NCBI GenBank assembly: GCA_963677485.1
Contig: OY781964.1
Location: 256,001 to 320,000, forward strand
Reading direction: 5' to 3'
Origin: Armatimonadota bacterium
Lineage (GTDB): Bacteria > Armatimonadota > HRBIN16
DNA: 64,000 nucleotides
The notes under the pieces are model-generated. The model was not told the origin of the DNA and did not search any database. It saw only the letters and a list, made by a program, of their open reading frames with translations. The position numbers and the translations under genes were made by a program. Shown here in pieces: positions 31,539 to 41,754 of the stretch. The number at the start of each line of letters is the position of its first letter. Positions within the stretch are counted from its first letter, which is position 1.

Positions 31539-31689
31539 GTCCGGGGCGGTCTGTGCGTTGGCTAGCGGTTGCAGAAGGCTCGAGACCGCGCCGGTCTGGC
31601 GGTTAGCCCCCGGGTTAGGTTTCGGGAACAAGACCGGCGCGGTCTATTGTCAGCGGTCATCGCAAGCGTACTGACAGACCGCCCCGGAC
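31539..31689. repeat. Nested inverted-repeat element between convergent genes
   Basis: Perfect 16-bp outer arms (31539-31554 / 31674-31689) and 15-bp inner arms (31583-31597 / 31631-31645). Confidence 0.8.
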
Positions 31690-31722
31690 ATAGGCAGCCA
31701 TTAACATTCGGGGCATCAAAGC

Positions 31723-32871
31723 TCACCCCAACCGACGCCCCGCCACAAACAGCCGCATGATGCTTTCGCTCACGCCCTCAATAAGGCATCCGGCATTCTC
31801 CATGGCATACTCCAGCGACACCGGCCCTGATGTGATACCAAAAGCAGCGGTTAAGCCTATGTCATGCAGACGGCTGATGTCACCACAAACCGATCCAGCG
31901 ATCGCCACCACAGGCACGTTCGCGATACTCGCCCGCTTGAGGATGCCCGCGATGGTCTTGCCGTTGGCGGTTTGGTCGTCAATACGGCCTTCACCGGTGA
32001 TAATCAGCGCGGCGTCCTGTATGTGCTCATCAAAGCGGGCGGAGTCCAGCACGATATCAATGCCTGACCGGAGTTGCGCATTCAAGAATGCAGACAATCC
32101 GGCCCCAAGACCGCCTGCCGCACCGGCACCAGGCAGGTCGATGATCTGCTTACCAAGGTCGCGTTTGATCACCCTGGCGTAGTTCGCAAGGGCTGCGTCA
32201 AGCTCCGCGACCATCTGCGGTGTGGCCCCCTTCTGAGGGCCATAGATTGCGGAGGCACCCTCGGGGCCGCAGAGTGGGTTGGTCACATCACAGGCCACTT
32301 CGAACACGAGTTTATCCGGTAAGTGAATGAAGCCATACATGTCTATCCGGTCAAGCTGAGCCAGCGCGGCTCCCCCCGGGGGTAGTTCACGACCGGCACT
32401 GTCCAAAAACTTCGCGCCAAGTGCCGCCATCGCACCGGCCCCACACTCGTTGGTCGCGCTGCCGCCGATGCCGATGATGATCTTCTTCACACCCGCGTGG
32501 ATGGCCGCAAGGATCAGCTCACCGGTGCCATACGTGCTGGTGAGCATCGGGTTGCGTTCTTCCTCTGACAGCAGACAGAGACCCGAGGCCGCCGCCATCT
32601 CCACCACCGCGGTTTGGCCATCAGCCAGGATGCCAAGATACGCGCTGATTTCACGCATCAACGGGTCACGCACCTTCAGATGGTGCTTATCTCCACCCGC
32701 TGCCAGCAGCAGAGCGTCGACCGTGCCCTCCCCGCCATCGGCCACCGGGACGAGAACAGTTTGCAAGTCGCATGCAACACCGGCCCTGGATATACCCTTG
32801 GCAATAGCCTGCGAAACCTCGATCGACGAAAGGCTGCCCTTAAATGAGTCCGGACAGATCACTACCTTCAT
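31723..32871 (-). CDS. glxK: Glycerate kinase (GlxK/GarK family)
   Basis: PDSFKGSL, ADGGEGT, GIGGSATN, GAGAAGGLG, ITGEGRIDDQT. Confidence 0.92.
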   Translation of the reverse strand: MKVVICPDSFKGSLSSIEVSQAIAKGISRAGVACDLQTVLVPVADGGEGTVDALLLAAGGDKHHLKVRDPLMREISAYLGILADGQTAVVEMAAASGLCLLSEEERNPMLTSTYGTGELILAAIHAGVKKIIIGIGGSATNECGAGAMAALGAKFLDSAGRELPPGGAALAQLDRIDMYGFIHLPDKLVFEVACDVTNPLCGPEGASAIYGPQKGATPQMVAELDAALANYARVIKRDLGKQIIDLPGAGAAGGLGAGLSAFLNAQLRSGIDIVLDSARFDEHIQDAALIITGEGRIDDQTANGKTIAGILKRASIANVPVVAIAGSVCGDISRLHDIGLTAAFGITSGPVSLEYAMENAGCLIEGVSESIMRLFVAGRRLG

Positions 32872-32915
32872 GCTTTCACCTTCCAAGTGCCAACTAAACA
32901 GCTTCTCATGCCTGG

Positions 32916-34403
32916 CTATTCCGCCATAAATTGGAATGCATATAACTTCGCGTTACGCCCTTCAAAGTAGACGCGGATGGGTTTGCCTTTCAGCGAGGAT
33001 ACATCGCTGTTGCCCTTCCACCTGAGCTTGGTGTCGACGAAGTTCCCGCCGATCTCCTCGCAGTCGGCCAGCGTAAATCCTGGCAGCGGCTTGTCATTTG
33101 CGTCGCGCAGCTCCACTTTCAGGTGCCCCATCGCGCCGGTGTCCACATTCAACTCCAGAGACTTACCGTTAAAGCTGATCACGGGCGTCAGCATATTGCC
33201 GCCTGCATAGGCGAAATCGAGGGACATGAAGCCATCCAGGCGCTGTTTGAGCACATAGGTTCTGGCTGGGACGTTGACGAGTTTGTCATATTCGGGGCGC
33301 AGGATGCCACCGTCATGCAGATGGGCGGTCGACCAGTAATACTGGTAGAGCCAACTGCCCTTACGTATGATACCCGAGCCCATCATGACCAGCCATCGGT
33401 CGGGTTCATCGGGCAGCCCCATCGGGAAGTAAGAGGAGCGGTCATCACGCTTCCAGCTCACTCCGTCACGGCTCACCGCCATCTGCACATCCATCAAACC
33501 ATAATCATTGCCCGGCTCAAACCGGAACCAGGGCTGCTGATTCTGTGAAAAATGCCGGAACATCGAGGGAAACGCCAGGTAGACATCCTGTGCCCAGGGA
33601 TAGATGCTAATGGCACTGCAATACATATCGGAATGGGGATCATCGTGTTCATCGGTCTTGAGCACCACCGGCCAGTGTGACGGTTCCGCCCAGAAGTCGA
33701 CAGGTGCGGTGCCATTGAACGGCCAGGGTTTGAGTATATCATCCATCTCCATACGGGCGAACTGCCGCTGGTTTTCGCCGTTGCGGTTCAATACCCGAAT
33801 CCAAGCCACATACTTGTTGATCCTGGTATCCCACTCAACATTGATGTTGCCCTCGGGCCTAAGCGGCAGCATACGTCCGACCAGCGTAAAGTGGATGCCA
33901 TCAGCCGAATAATAACCGTAGATACCATGCCCATCCTTGCCGCTATTATCCCAGTCGGCACGAAACATCTTATAACGGCGTTCTGGCTTATCATGTGGAT
34001 CCACCATGATGGTGGCATCAAGGGACATCCCGGGGATCATGTTCACAGGCTGGCGTCCAAACCCCAGGTCGGGTTTATCCCAATGCAGGCCATCGGTCGA
34101 CTCTGCGTAGCAGATGTTGTGGTCGTTCTCGAACGAGCTGTAATACATCTTGATCTTCCCGCCATCAGTGATGACTTTAAAGTATCCGCCAGTCTTTTCA
34201 TCGGACGGATTGCCCTTCATATCTAGAACAGGCCCAAGCTTCTGAGCTAGATTCATCCTTAAGGTGACCCCGCTGCTGGGCCCCACAAACTTCGAGTCGA
34301 TGAATAGCTGCTTCCGGTTGCCCACAGGCAGCACCTCTGCGGACACGCTTACACACAATAACGCAGACAGGCACAGTAGTGCCCAACATTTCAATCCACT
34401 CAA
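32916..34403 (-). CDS. Secreted five-bladed beta-propeller glycosidase-like protein
   Basis: Signal peptide, KQLFID, Asp-box-like STDGLHW, SADGIHF and SRDGVSW, RLDGFMSL, C-terminal AKLYAFQF. Confidence 0.6.
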   Translation of the reverse strand: MSGLKCWALLCLSALLCVSVSAEVLPVGNRKQLFIDSKFVGPSSGVTLRMNLAQKLGPVLDMKGNPSDEKTGGYFKVITDGGKIKMYYSSFENDHNICYAESTDGLHWDKPDLGFGRQPVNMIPGMSLDATIMVDPHDKPERRYKMFRADWDNSGKDGHGIYGYYSADGIHFTLVGRMLPLRPEGNINVEWDTRINKYVAWIRVLNRNGENQRQFARMEMDDILKPWPFNGTAPVDFWAEPSHWPVVLKTDEHDDPHSDMYCSAISIYPWAQDVYLAFPSMFRHFSQNQQPWFRFEPGNDYGLMDVQMAVSRDGVSWKRDDRSSYFPMGLPDEPDRWLVMMGSGIIRKGSWLYQYYWSTAHLHDGGILRPEYDKLVNVPARTYVLKQRLDGFMSLDFAYAGGNMLTPVISFNGKSLELNVDTGAMGHLKVELRDANDKPLPGFTLADCEEIGGNFVDTKLRWKGNSDVSSLKGKPIRVYFEGRNAKLYAFQFMAE

Positions 34404-34657
34404 TCAGGGTTCCTCCGGACTAGTTATATCTCAGTATTCGACATCAAGAAGCACACGGTAGTTACACGGCATCAACACGAATTGGTAATATCGTATGATG
34501 CCTGAACCACATTATATGTATGGTGAGCATATTATGCTGATAGTTCTGCCATACTTATTATATAAAGATACTTCCCGTGGCTTGTGACTGTGTGCACTCC
34601 ACGGTACGCAAGGATCATACTACGAGACCAGTGGACACTGACCAAGGGGATTTACTT

Positions 34658-35092
34658 ATGTATTTACCGAATTTCGACCGTTGCCGTGACTGGGGACTGC
34701 TTGTCTTACGCGTGGGGATTGGGCTTATGTTTGTGGCACATGGTCTGCCCTTAGTGACGGGTGGTGTACAGACATGGAACCATTTAGGAGCTGCGCTGCC
34801 GATAGCTGGTCCACCCTTCTTCCACACCTTCATGGGATTCCTGGCCGCCATGTCCGAGTTCGGCGGCGGGTTGCTGCTGGTTCTAGGATTCTTCACCCGC
34901 TTGGCAGCGTTTATGATGTTTTTCACGATGGCGGTCGCCTTTTCCATGCACCTTCGGCATGGCGACGACTTTAACACCTTCTCCCACGCCGTGGAGGCGG
35001 GTATTCTGTTCTTCAGCCTGATCTTCATCGGTCCTGGCAAGTACTCGCTAGATGCGAAGCTGGGCAAGTACAACCCGCTCCTCAGGAGGTAG
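34658..35092 (+). CDS. DoxX family membrane protein
   Basis: LLVLRVGIG, HG, EFGGGLLLVLGFFTR, GPGKYSLD. Confidence 0.9.
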   Translation: MYLPNFDRCRDWGLLVLRVGIGLMFVAHGLPLVTGGVQTWNHLGAALPIAGPPFFHTFMGFLAAMSEFGGGLLLVLGFFTRLAAFMMFFTMAVAFSMHLRHGDDFNTFSHAVEAGILFFSLIFIGPGKYSLDAKLGKYNPLLRR

Positions 35093-35299
35093 GATGGCGG
35101 GTAGGGAGGGAGGTAACGACGCCGAACATCACCTTATTCCCATCTGCGTCATCCGCGTCATCTGTGGATGACCCCTCCCCTTCGCGCCTTCGCGTGACGT
35201 ATTCCGGTGAAGCCATCAGGCCACTTTGACCACATCAACCGGTACGTCGGCGTCCGTGCTAGATACCCTCCGTATCAACCTGGAATGCTACTTCTCAGG

Positions 35300-37021
35300 C
35301 TAATCCATGGGTACGCCTCCGTCACGAAAGACATCAACCATGGGCTTGCTTTGTTGTCGAATCAGGTCGATTTCTTCTGGCGTCATGCTATCACTGACCA
35401 CCTTATTGACGTAGCTCATATTACGAAAGGACCGGGCATCCATATGGTCCCATGCCTCAAGAATCCCTTTTAACGCCAGAGCACGCGATTTATCGTTCAT
35501 ATTTCCCATGACGCTGAATATCCGCTGTTGAAGAGTGCGTATGGCTGCTACTGGAATATCGTTAGTGTCAACTTGGTTTGGATCGGCAGTGACGTCTAGC
35601 AGGTTGAGCCCGTCTTTCGTAGCCCAATCTGGTCGTGCGTTGTAAACAACGTAAATCGCAGCCGCGTCAAAAGGCGGATCCATAGATGGCAACCCCGTCT
35701 CGTAGTCCGATTCCACATCAATAGAATTCAAGAAACAACCCATTTTGTGCGATTTATCATTGACCATTAACAACCCGGTGGCATTCATGTATGTGATGGT
35801 CCTGACCATGGCAACCAAACGTTCCGGCTTGGGCATCTTGGTCTTAGCTCGCAAGTAGATCTTGCGCCAGCCGACGTTTGGATACGGCTTTAGCGCATTG
35901 GTAAGTGCTTGTTCCAGAGTCTTCGCGTTTGGGTCGATAATCACCCTATTGACTAAGCTGGAATCGACGATGAGTGTCTTGCCAAACCGTTTGGCCCATT
36001 CCGATAGAATCGCGATGGGTTTCCCTAACGCTTCGGAATCGGCTACCATATTGTAATACCTGTCTTCCATCCGCTTCTGCGCTTGCAGTTTGAGCTCTTC
36101 CTCATGGCCGTTGGCATTCGACACGTATACTTTAGTTAATTTGATGAAGTCCTCCGCGCGCTTACCATTTTGTATATCAAGCTCCATTATGTCATAGGAT
36201 CGCTTCAATTTCGCTTCCATCACCTGGGGTGAGCTGTTGTCCATATACTTCCAAGCCTCCATCATCCACTTGCCATACTCTGCAGCATCGACGTAATCCA
36301 GGATGTTCCCCATCATCTTTTGCGCCTTGACACCTTCTTCTAATGGCATCTTTGCGATGGTATTCCACCAATTTATATAGATGGTGGAGCACATCTGTTC
36401 ATTCAGTGCATTTTCGTTGATGAGGTTTGGGTTGGCAACCAGCTCTTTCAAGTTGATCCCACCAGCGGATGCCCACGTGGGCATTGTGTTAAAGACAACG
36501 TAGACAATTTGCTTGTTGAAGGCGGGCTTCATGTCGCTTAGTTTGGATTCTAGTCCTTTAGGTACCGGATTATCTTTCACGAAACTGCTGATCTTGGCGT
36601 TCATCTGGTCTTTCACGATCATATCAACCGCTTCATCGGCGTTCATGGTACGCATCATCGCCGCTAAATGCGCAGCCTGAGGCATATCCATCTTCTCGCG
36701 TATATAGAGCTTACGCCACACGATGTATTTATACGGCGCCAGTGCCGAATCTAGTCCAGCCTCGAATGACACGGTCGGCGATTCGATCTTGACCGATACT
36801 TTAAGGCTCGGTTCAATGACCAGTTGGACGCTGTGTTTCGCGGCCCAATCGGCCAGCACATCGCCGATGGGCTTGCCATCGACGGCAGGCGCCGCGCTCT
36901 CCGCTTGCGGCGATGCAGTCGCAGCTTCGGTTGCACCGGTGGGTGCCTCCGCCGGTTGAGGTGCCTGGGCATAACATACAGAGGCGGTCATGCACATGAT
37001 CGCGAAATAGCCAAGTTTCAC
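35300..37021 (-). CDS. Secreted hypothetical protein with an internal two-fold duplication (STN-like start of each half)
   Basis: Signal peptide; GKPI...W..K, WRK.Y.R.K..MP and YVV.N..P.WA...G.NL each occur twice. Confidence 0.7.
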   Translation of the reverse strand: MKLGYFAIMCMTASVCYAQAPQPAEAPTGATEAATASPQAESAAPAVDGKPIGDVLADWAAKHSVQLVIEPSLKVSVKIESPTVSFEAGLDSALAPYKYIVWRKLYIREKMDMPQAAHLAAMMRTMNADEAVDMIVKDQMNAKISSFVKDNPVPKGLESKLSDMKPAFNKQIVYVVFNTMPTWASAGGINLKELVANPNLINENALNEQMCSTIYINWWNTIAKMPLEEGVKAQKMMGNILDYVDAAEYGKWMMEAWKYMDNSSPQVMEAKLKRSYDIMELDIQNGKRAEDFIKLTKVYVSNANGHEEELKLQAQKRMEDRYYNMVADSEALGKPIAILSEWAKRFGKTLIVDSSLVNRVIIDPNAKTLEQALTNALKPYPNVGWRKIYLRAKTKMPKPERLVAMVRTITYMNATGLLMVNDKSHKMGCFLNSIDVESDYETGLPSMDPPFDAAAIYVVYNARPDWATKDGLNLLDVTADPNQVDTNDIPVAAIRTLQQRIFSVMGNMNDKSRALALKGILEAWDHMDARSFRNMSYVNKVVSDSMTPEEIDLIRQQSKPMVDVFRDGGVPMD

Positions 37022-37188
37022 GTGGAAATCCTCCTGGTTGACATTACAGCTTATTTATACCCGTTGTGAGCGTACAATGCAATGGTTATTAGGCCACTGC
37101 CATCCCATTTTCATACAAATCGGTGGTTTTGCTTTTTGGCCGGTGCTTACAGACCCAGGAAATCAGCCCTGGTTCTAGCAACTGCCCC

Positions 37189-37376
37189 GGAATGCCAATC
37201 GGGAGATTGGCGTTCCCAGGTGGCCATACGCCTGGACATTGTTCCTAATCTGTGTAATCTGCGTAATCTGTGTATGCCTCCTCCCCCTTCGCGTCTTCGC
37301 GTCTTCGCGTGACATATTTAGGGGAAGTCATCAGGCAACGTCGAACTCATCTGAGTCATCTGCGTAATCTGTGGAT
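37189..37376 (+). repeat. Composite intergenic repeat mosaic downstream of the tRNA
   Basis: Same core and module order as 27833-27960, plus cttcgcgt x3 and a second atctgcgtaatctgtggat. Confidence 0.8.
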
Positions 37377-37449
37377 GGTTCGTGAGGAAGTCTATATACT
37401 GAGGAGTGCTGGTGGTGGTACCTGGGTGCAGGTTCGTGGTCAGAAAAAC

Positions 37450-37525
37450 TGGCGCGCCCGGAGGGATTCGAACCCCCAACCCTCAGCTCCGAAGGCTGAT
37501 GCTCTATCCGTTGAGCTACGGGCGC
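37450..37525 (-). tRNA. tRNA-Arg, anticodon TCG
   Basis: Reverse complement GCGCCCG TA GCTC AACGGATA GAGC A TCAGC CTTCGGA GCTGA GGGTT GGGGG TTCGAAT CCCTC CGGGCGC G CCA forms a full 76-nt cloverleaf with encoded CCA. Confidence 0.97.
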
Positions 37526-37617
37526 ACGCAAAAGTTATGTTAACATAAATCGGGGGTTCTCGGCAACTCGCTGCCCCCTCTCGACACCCGTCGTCCCGCC
37601 CCTCTGGAGGTTTTTCC

Positions 37618-38472
37618 GTGCGTGCTCTCCGCGAAATCCTTGAGATGATCAAGTTCGAACACACCCTGTTTGCGCTGCCGTTCGCGCTGATGTCCGCCCT
37701 CATCGCCGCCAACGGACTGCCACCGTGGCCGGTGCTGGGCTGGATACTGCTGGCGATGGTCGGCGCGCGCTCGGCGGCCATGACCATGAACCGGATCATC
37801 GATGCGGCCATCGACGCGAAGAACCCCCGCACCGCCACACGCGCCATCCCATCCGCGCGGATATCGCTGGCTCAGGCGTGGCTGTTCACCGTGGTGATGT
37901 CCGCCCTGTTTGTCTATGCGGCTTATCGCCTCAACACGCTCGCATTCTGGCTTTCACCTGTGGCGCTGCTCTGGGTGTTCGGCTACTCCTACACCAAGCG
38001 GTTCAGCTCGTTCTGCCACCTCTGGCTGGGACTGGGGCTGGCCATTGCTCCCATGGGTGCCTGGATCGCCGTGCGCGGTCGGTTTGATCTATTGCCCATG
38101 GCGCTCGCCGCGGCGGTTGCGTTGTGGACCGCCGGGTTTGATGTGTTCTACAGCCTGCAGGATATCGCCTTTGACCGCCAGCAGAACCTGAACTCCATCC
38201 CCGTGCGGTTTGGTGTCACGCGCTCGCTGTGGATCAGCAAGGTGATGCACTTTGTGATGATATTGCTGATGGTGTGGGTCGGCATCTTGGGCACGATGGG
38301 CACCCTCTACTGGCTGGGGTTGTTGGCCATCGCAGTGCTGATGATCAACGTGCACCGGCAGGTGAAACCCGATGACCTCAGCCGTATCAACATGGCTTTC
38401 TTTACCATCAACGGCTGGGTTGGGGTGGTCGCGCTGGCGTTCACTACAGGAGACATATGGCTGGGGCGGTAA
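37618..38472 (+). CDS. UbiA-like polyprenyltransferase (MqnP-type)
   Basis: IKFEHTLFALPFA, NRIIDAAIDAKNPRT, YSYTKR, YSLQDIAFD; adjacent to mqnA. Confidence 0.9.
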   Translation: MRALREILEMIKFEHTLFALPFALMSALIAANGLPPWPVLGWILLAMVGARSAAMTMNRIIDAAIDAKNPRTATRAIPSARISLAQAWLFTVVMSALFVYAAYRLNTLAFWLSPVALLWVFGYSYTKRFSSFCHLWLGLGLAIAPMGAWIAVRGRFDLLPMALAAAVALWTAGFDVFYSLQDIAFDRQQNLNSIPVRFGVTRSLWISKVMHFVMILLMVWVGILGTMGTLYWLGLLAIAVLMINVHRQVKPDDLSRINMAFFTINGWVGVVALAFTTGDIWLGR

Positions 38473-39224
38473 TTGGCTGTGTGCCCTACCTCAACGCCCG
38501 GCCGCTAACACGCTGGCTGGAACTGGCCGCTGCGGAGCACCCGGAGTATGAGCTGAGGTATCGCGTGCCCTCGCAGCTCGCGAAGCAGATGCTGGCCGGC
38601 AAATATGCGTGCGGGATGCTCTCCAGCGTGGTCCTGGCCCGCAACCCCCACTTGTCTTTCGTGCCCGATGTGGCCATCGCCAGCAACGGCCCTGTGGCCA
38701 GTGTGAAGCTGTTTACCAGCACGCCGGTATCGCAGATCCGTAGTGTGGCTTTGGATACCAGCTCACTGACCAGCGTGGCGCTGGCGCGCGTGCTTCTGGC
38801 CCGCCGGTATGGTGTCACACCGACATTTCACGACGCTCCACCCGATCTGCCAATTATGCTGCAGCAGGCGGACGCCGCGGTGATCATCGGCGACCCCTGC
38901 CTGCTCACGGACCCCATGGGCTGCGACCAAATCGACCTGGGCGATTGCTGGACAGAATGGACCGGCCTGCCCTTCGTGTGGGCGCTATGGATCGGCCGAC
39001 CGGAGCTGCTCACGGAACCCCTCGTCACACTGCTCCAACAAGCGCGTGACTGGGGTGTTGAGCACCTTCCGCAGATCATCACCGAGGAGCAAGGTTCGCG
39101 TGCCGAATTGGCCCATCTGGTGGAATATTACCTGAAGCACAACGTCAGCCACAGTTTTTCCGGTCAGTACATCGAGGGCTTCGCTAGGTTTCGCCAGGAG
39201 CTGACCGAGTTGGGTCTCGCCTGA
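38457..39224 (+). CDS. mqnA: Chorismate dehydratase MqnA (futalosine menaquinone pathway)
   Basis: VPYLNARPL, GPVASV, SSLTSVAL, IIGDP, DLG..W...TGLPFVWALW. Confidence 0.88.
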   Translation: MAGAVIGCVPYLNARPLTRWLELAAAEHPEYELRYRVPSQLAKQMLAGKYACGMLSSVVLARNPHLSFVPDVAIASNGPVASVKLFTSTPVSQIRSVALDTSSLTSVALARVLLARRYGVTPTFHDAPPDLPIMLQQADAAVIIGDPCLLTDPMGCDQIDLGDCWTEWTGLPFVWALWIGRPELLTEPLVTLLQQARDWGVEHLPQIITEEQGSRAELAHLVEYYLKHNVSHSFSGQYIEGFARFRQELTELGLA

Positions 39225-39234
39225 ACGACATGGG

Positions 39235-39520
39235 TATGGGCGGCCAGGCGGCCGCCCAATGACCGCGCCGGTTTTTTCCTAACCGGGGCGGTCTGGCGGA
39301 TAGCCCCAGGGAGTTGTCTGAACCACGGATTACACGGATAGGGAGGATGGGCAGGATGGGGAGGGAGATGGCAACCTCTGCACCGCCATCGTATAGGTAT
39401 TCCCGCGGTTACCCTGATGGGCGCCACCAAACCGCCCCGCCGTGTCCTTCAGGGCGCGGATGTGGGCATATGACATGTGGATAAATGACAGTATTAGGGC
39501 GGCCAGGTGGCCGCCCTATC
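39235..39520. repeat. Intergenic REP mosaic between convergent genes
   Basis: gggcggccaggcggccgccc and tagggcggccaggtggccgcccta; ggtctggcggatagcccc shared with the 31539 element; reversed aaccacggattacacggat. Confidence 0.7.
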
Positions 39521-39526
39521 GAAGCT

Positions 39527-41524
39527 CTACAGGTACCGCCCGACCAGCACGCCATAAGCGGGCAGGTCAATCGTTCCGCTCAGTGTCTGGCCGGTGATCA
39601 AGTCCACCGCAGGCCGGCTCAAGGTGAGCGTGGCGGGCTTGTTATCCATCTCCACCGCAGCAAAGCCCTCACCGCCCGCACCGTCACGCGGCACGAACAG
39701 CAGGCTGTCGCTGGCCTGAGCAACGGGCAGAACTCCGCACTCCGCACCGTATTGCGCCACCAACTTCACCAGTTGCTCAGGCTTGGGCATGGTGCCCATC
39801 AGCACGATCTTGCCCTTACCCATTTTGGCCTCCACGATGGCAGCGTCACCGACAAATGGACCGTCGGTGTAGCTGGCGATCACCTTCGCGCCGTTGGGCT
39901 GGAAGCTGTCGAACCACACCGAACCCTGTGACTCGCTGCCGTCCTGCCACTTCAAGCCGAATTCAACAGGCTCACCGGGGATCTGCAGATCGGAGTATAC
40001 CCCGGTCCACTCCTCAAGCACCCCAAACGGCGAGTGGGTGAACTTGCTGAGGTGCTGGTCGCGAACGTCGGTCATCGGCCCCACGATCCAGGTTCCGCCA
40101 TCGGTGATCCACTTGTGCAGCTTCTGCTGCAGACCGCTCTCACCTATCCACGGCAGGAATGGCGTCAGGATCATCTTGTAAGCGTCAAGCTCCACCACGG
40201 GGTAGATCACATCGAGGCGGAACTGAGACCTGATGAGCGGGTGATACACCATACTCAACATTTTACTCAGCAGATCGAAGCCGTTGACTTGTGGCACAGC
40301 ACTGACCTGGATATTGGCAAAGTCGCTGAAGTGCAGCGCCAGTCCGCTGCCGGTTGGCCGTGTCGTGCGCAGATACTCTCCCGCTTTGTCGATCATGCCA
40401 TCACTGATGCGCTGGCACTCAGCAAAGAAGTGCGACTTGCGGCCGCAACTGCTCACAGGCGAGCCAAACATCTGCTCCTGGCCAGTTCGGTGCGAATACC
40501 ACACCCAGTACATGCTCGCCTCGCCGCCCTGGATGATCGGCATCCAGGTATTCGCTCTGCAGAACCCATCGGTCTGGTAGCCGGAAGTGGTGGTCGCTCC
40601 AGCCCAGCTAGGCGCAGCTTCGGTGTTCCAGAATGGCTGATCGGGCTTGATCGGACGCAGCATGTCAAACCAGAACGCGGCGTCACGCAGCCCCTGGTGG
40701 AAATGGTAGTGGTTATATTGCACCACATCCATCTTGAGGTTCATCTCATAGTGGTCAATGCCGAGGATCATCATCATGTCGGTACCGATCATCTTCGCGC
40801 CGTTTTCGCGCAGGACATCCGCATGCTCCCACACGAAGTCGATGTAGCTCTTGGACATAAATTCGCTCCAGCTAGCCAGCAATGTGGGGTGATGCCAGAC
40901 ATCCTTGCGGGGAACCGGCAGTTGCGAGAAGGACTGGTATTCCATACTCCAAAGCGTATTGCACCAGGCGTCATTCAGCTTATCGATGCTGCCGAAACGT
41001 TGCCTCATCATCTCCTGGAACTCACGCTGGCAGACAGGGCAGCAGCATGAGCGCGAGTCGAAGTTGACCGGAAACACCTCGTTGTCGATCTGCCAGCCAA
41101 TGACTGCGGGGTGACTGGCGAATTTCTTGGCCAGTTCGGTCACGACCGCGCGGCAGAGACGCCGATAGGTGGAGTTGTTGGGACAGGTGTGACGGCGTGA
41201 GCCGTGAATCCACTTCGTGCCGTCCGGGGCCACGAACAGGATTTCAGGGTAACGCTCCACCGCCCAGACAGGAGGGGTCGCGCCGGGCGTACACATCACC
41301 ACACCGATACCGGCCGCACCAAGCTTATCTATGACGCGGGTCAGCCAGTCAAGCTCGAATCGGCCCTCTTCGGGCTCCATGCGGCTCCAGGCGAACTCCG
41401 CGATTCGCATCACATTCATCCCCGCCTCCTTCATCAGGCGGATGTCCTCATCGATCTGGCTTTCCGGCCAGTCCTCAGGATAATACGCGGCACCGTAATA
41501 TGGCGGTTTCAATTCGAATGGCAT
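39527..41524 (-). CDS. GH42 beta-galactosidase
   Basis: YGAAYYPEDW, IAEFAWSRMEP, TPPVW, GWQIDNE, CCCPVC, GQEQ. Confidence 0.92.
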   Translation of the reverse strand: MPFELKPPYYGAAYYPEDWPESQIDEDIRLMKEAGMNVMRIAEFAWSRMEPEEGRFELDWLTRVIDKLGAAGIGVVMCTPGATPPVWAVERYPEILFVAPDGTKWIHGSRRHTCPNNSTYRRLCRAVVTELAKKFASHPAVIGWQIDNEVFPVNFDSRSCCCPVCQREFQEMMRQRFGSIDKLNDAWCNTLWSMEYQSFSQLPVPRKDVWHHPTLLASWSEFMSKSYIDFVWEHADVLRENGAKMIGTDMMMILGIDHYEMNLKMDVVQYNHYHFHQGLRDAAFWFDMLRPIKPDQPFWNTEAAPSWAGATTTSGYQTDGFCRANTWMPIIQGGEASMYWVWYSHRTGQEQMFGSPVSSCGRKSHFFAECQRISDGMIDKAGEYLRTTRPTGSGLALHFSDFANIQVSAVPQVNGFDLLSKMLSMVYHPLIRSQFRLDVIYPVVELDAYKMILTPFLPWIGESGLQQKLHKWITDGGTWIVGPMTDVRDQHLSKFTHSPFGVLEEWTGVYSDLQIPGEPVEFGLKWQDGSESQGSVWFDSFQPNGAKVIASYTDGPFVGDAAIVEAKMGKGKIVLMGTMPKPEQLVKLVAQYGAECGVLPVAQASDSLLFVPRDGAGGEGFAAVEMDNKPATLTLSRPAVDLITGQTLSGTIDLPAYGVLVGRYL

Positions 41525-41754
41525 GTTGTGGTTACCTCCGGCTTAAGGAACAGATTAGAGATATATACATCACCGTATAACATAACAGAATCGGCTTGTG
41601 ATAGGTAGGGGTGTACCGTATATGCACAGATTCAACTTATTCGCGCCCATGGTTGATTGAGGCAGTCGGTTACGGACAACCCGCAAGCTGACAAACGCCA
41701 AGGAATACAGCATAATAGTAATAGATACAAACGACATTGAGGGCAAACCATCAG

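Noticed and set aside
37450-37475. tRNA 3' end as the attachment site of an integrated element
   Set aside because: I found no duplicate of the tRNA 3' end and no integrase in the window.
40034-41050. Long antisense ORFs (also 49650-50486, 61132-61920, 11664-12446, 3791-4387)
   Set aside because: They are shadows of well-supported genes on the opposite strand in GC-rich DNA and carry no motifs.
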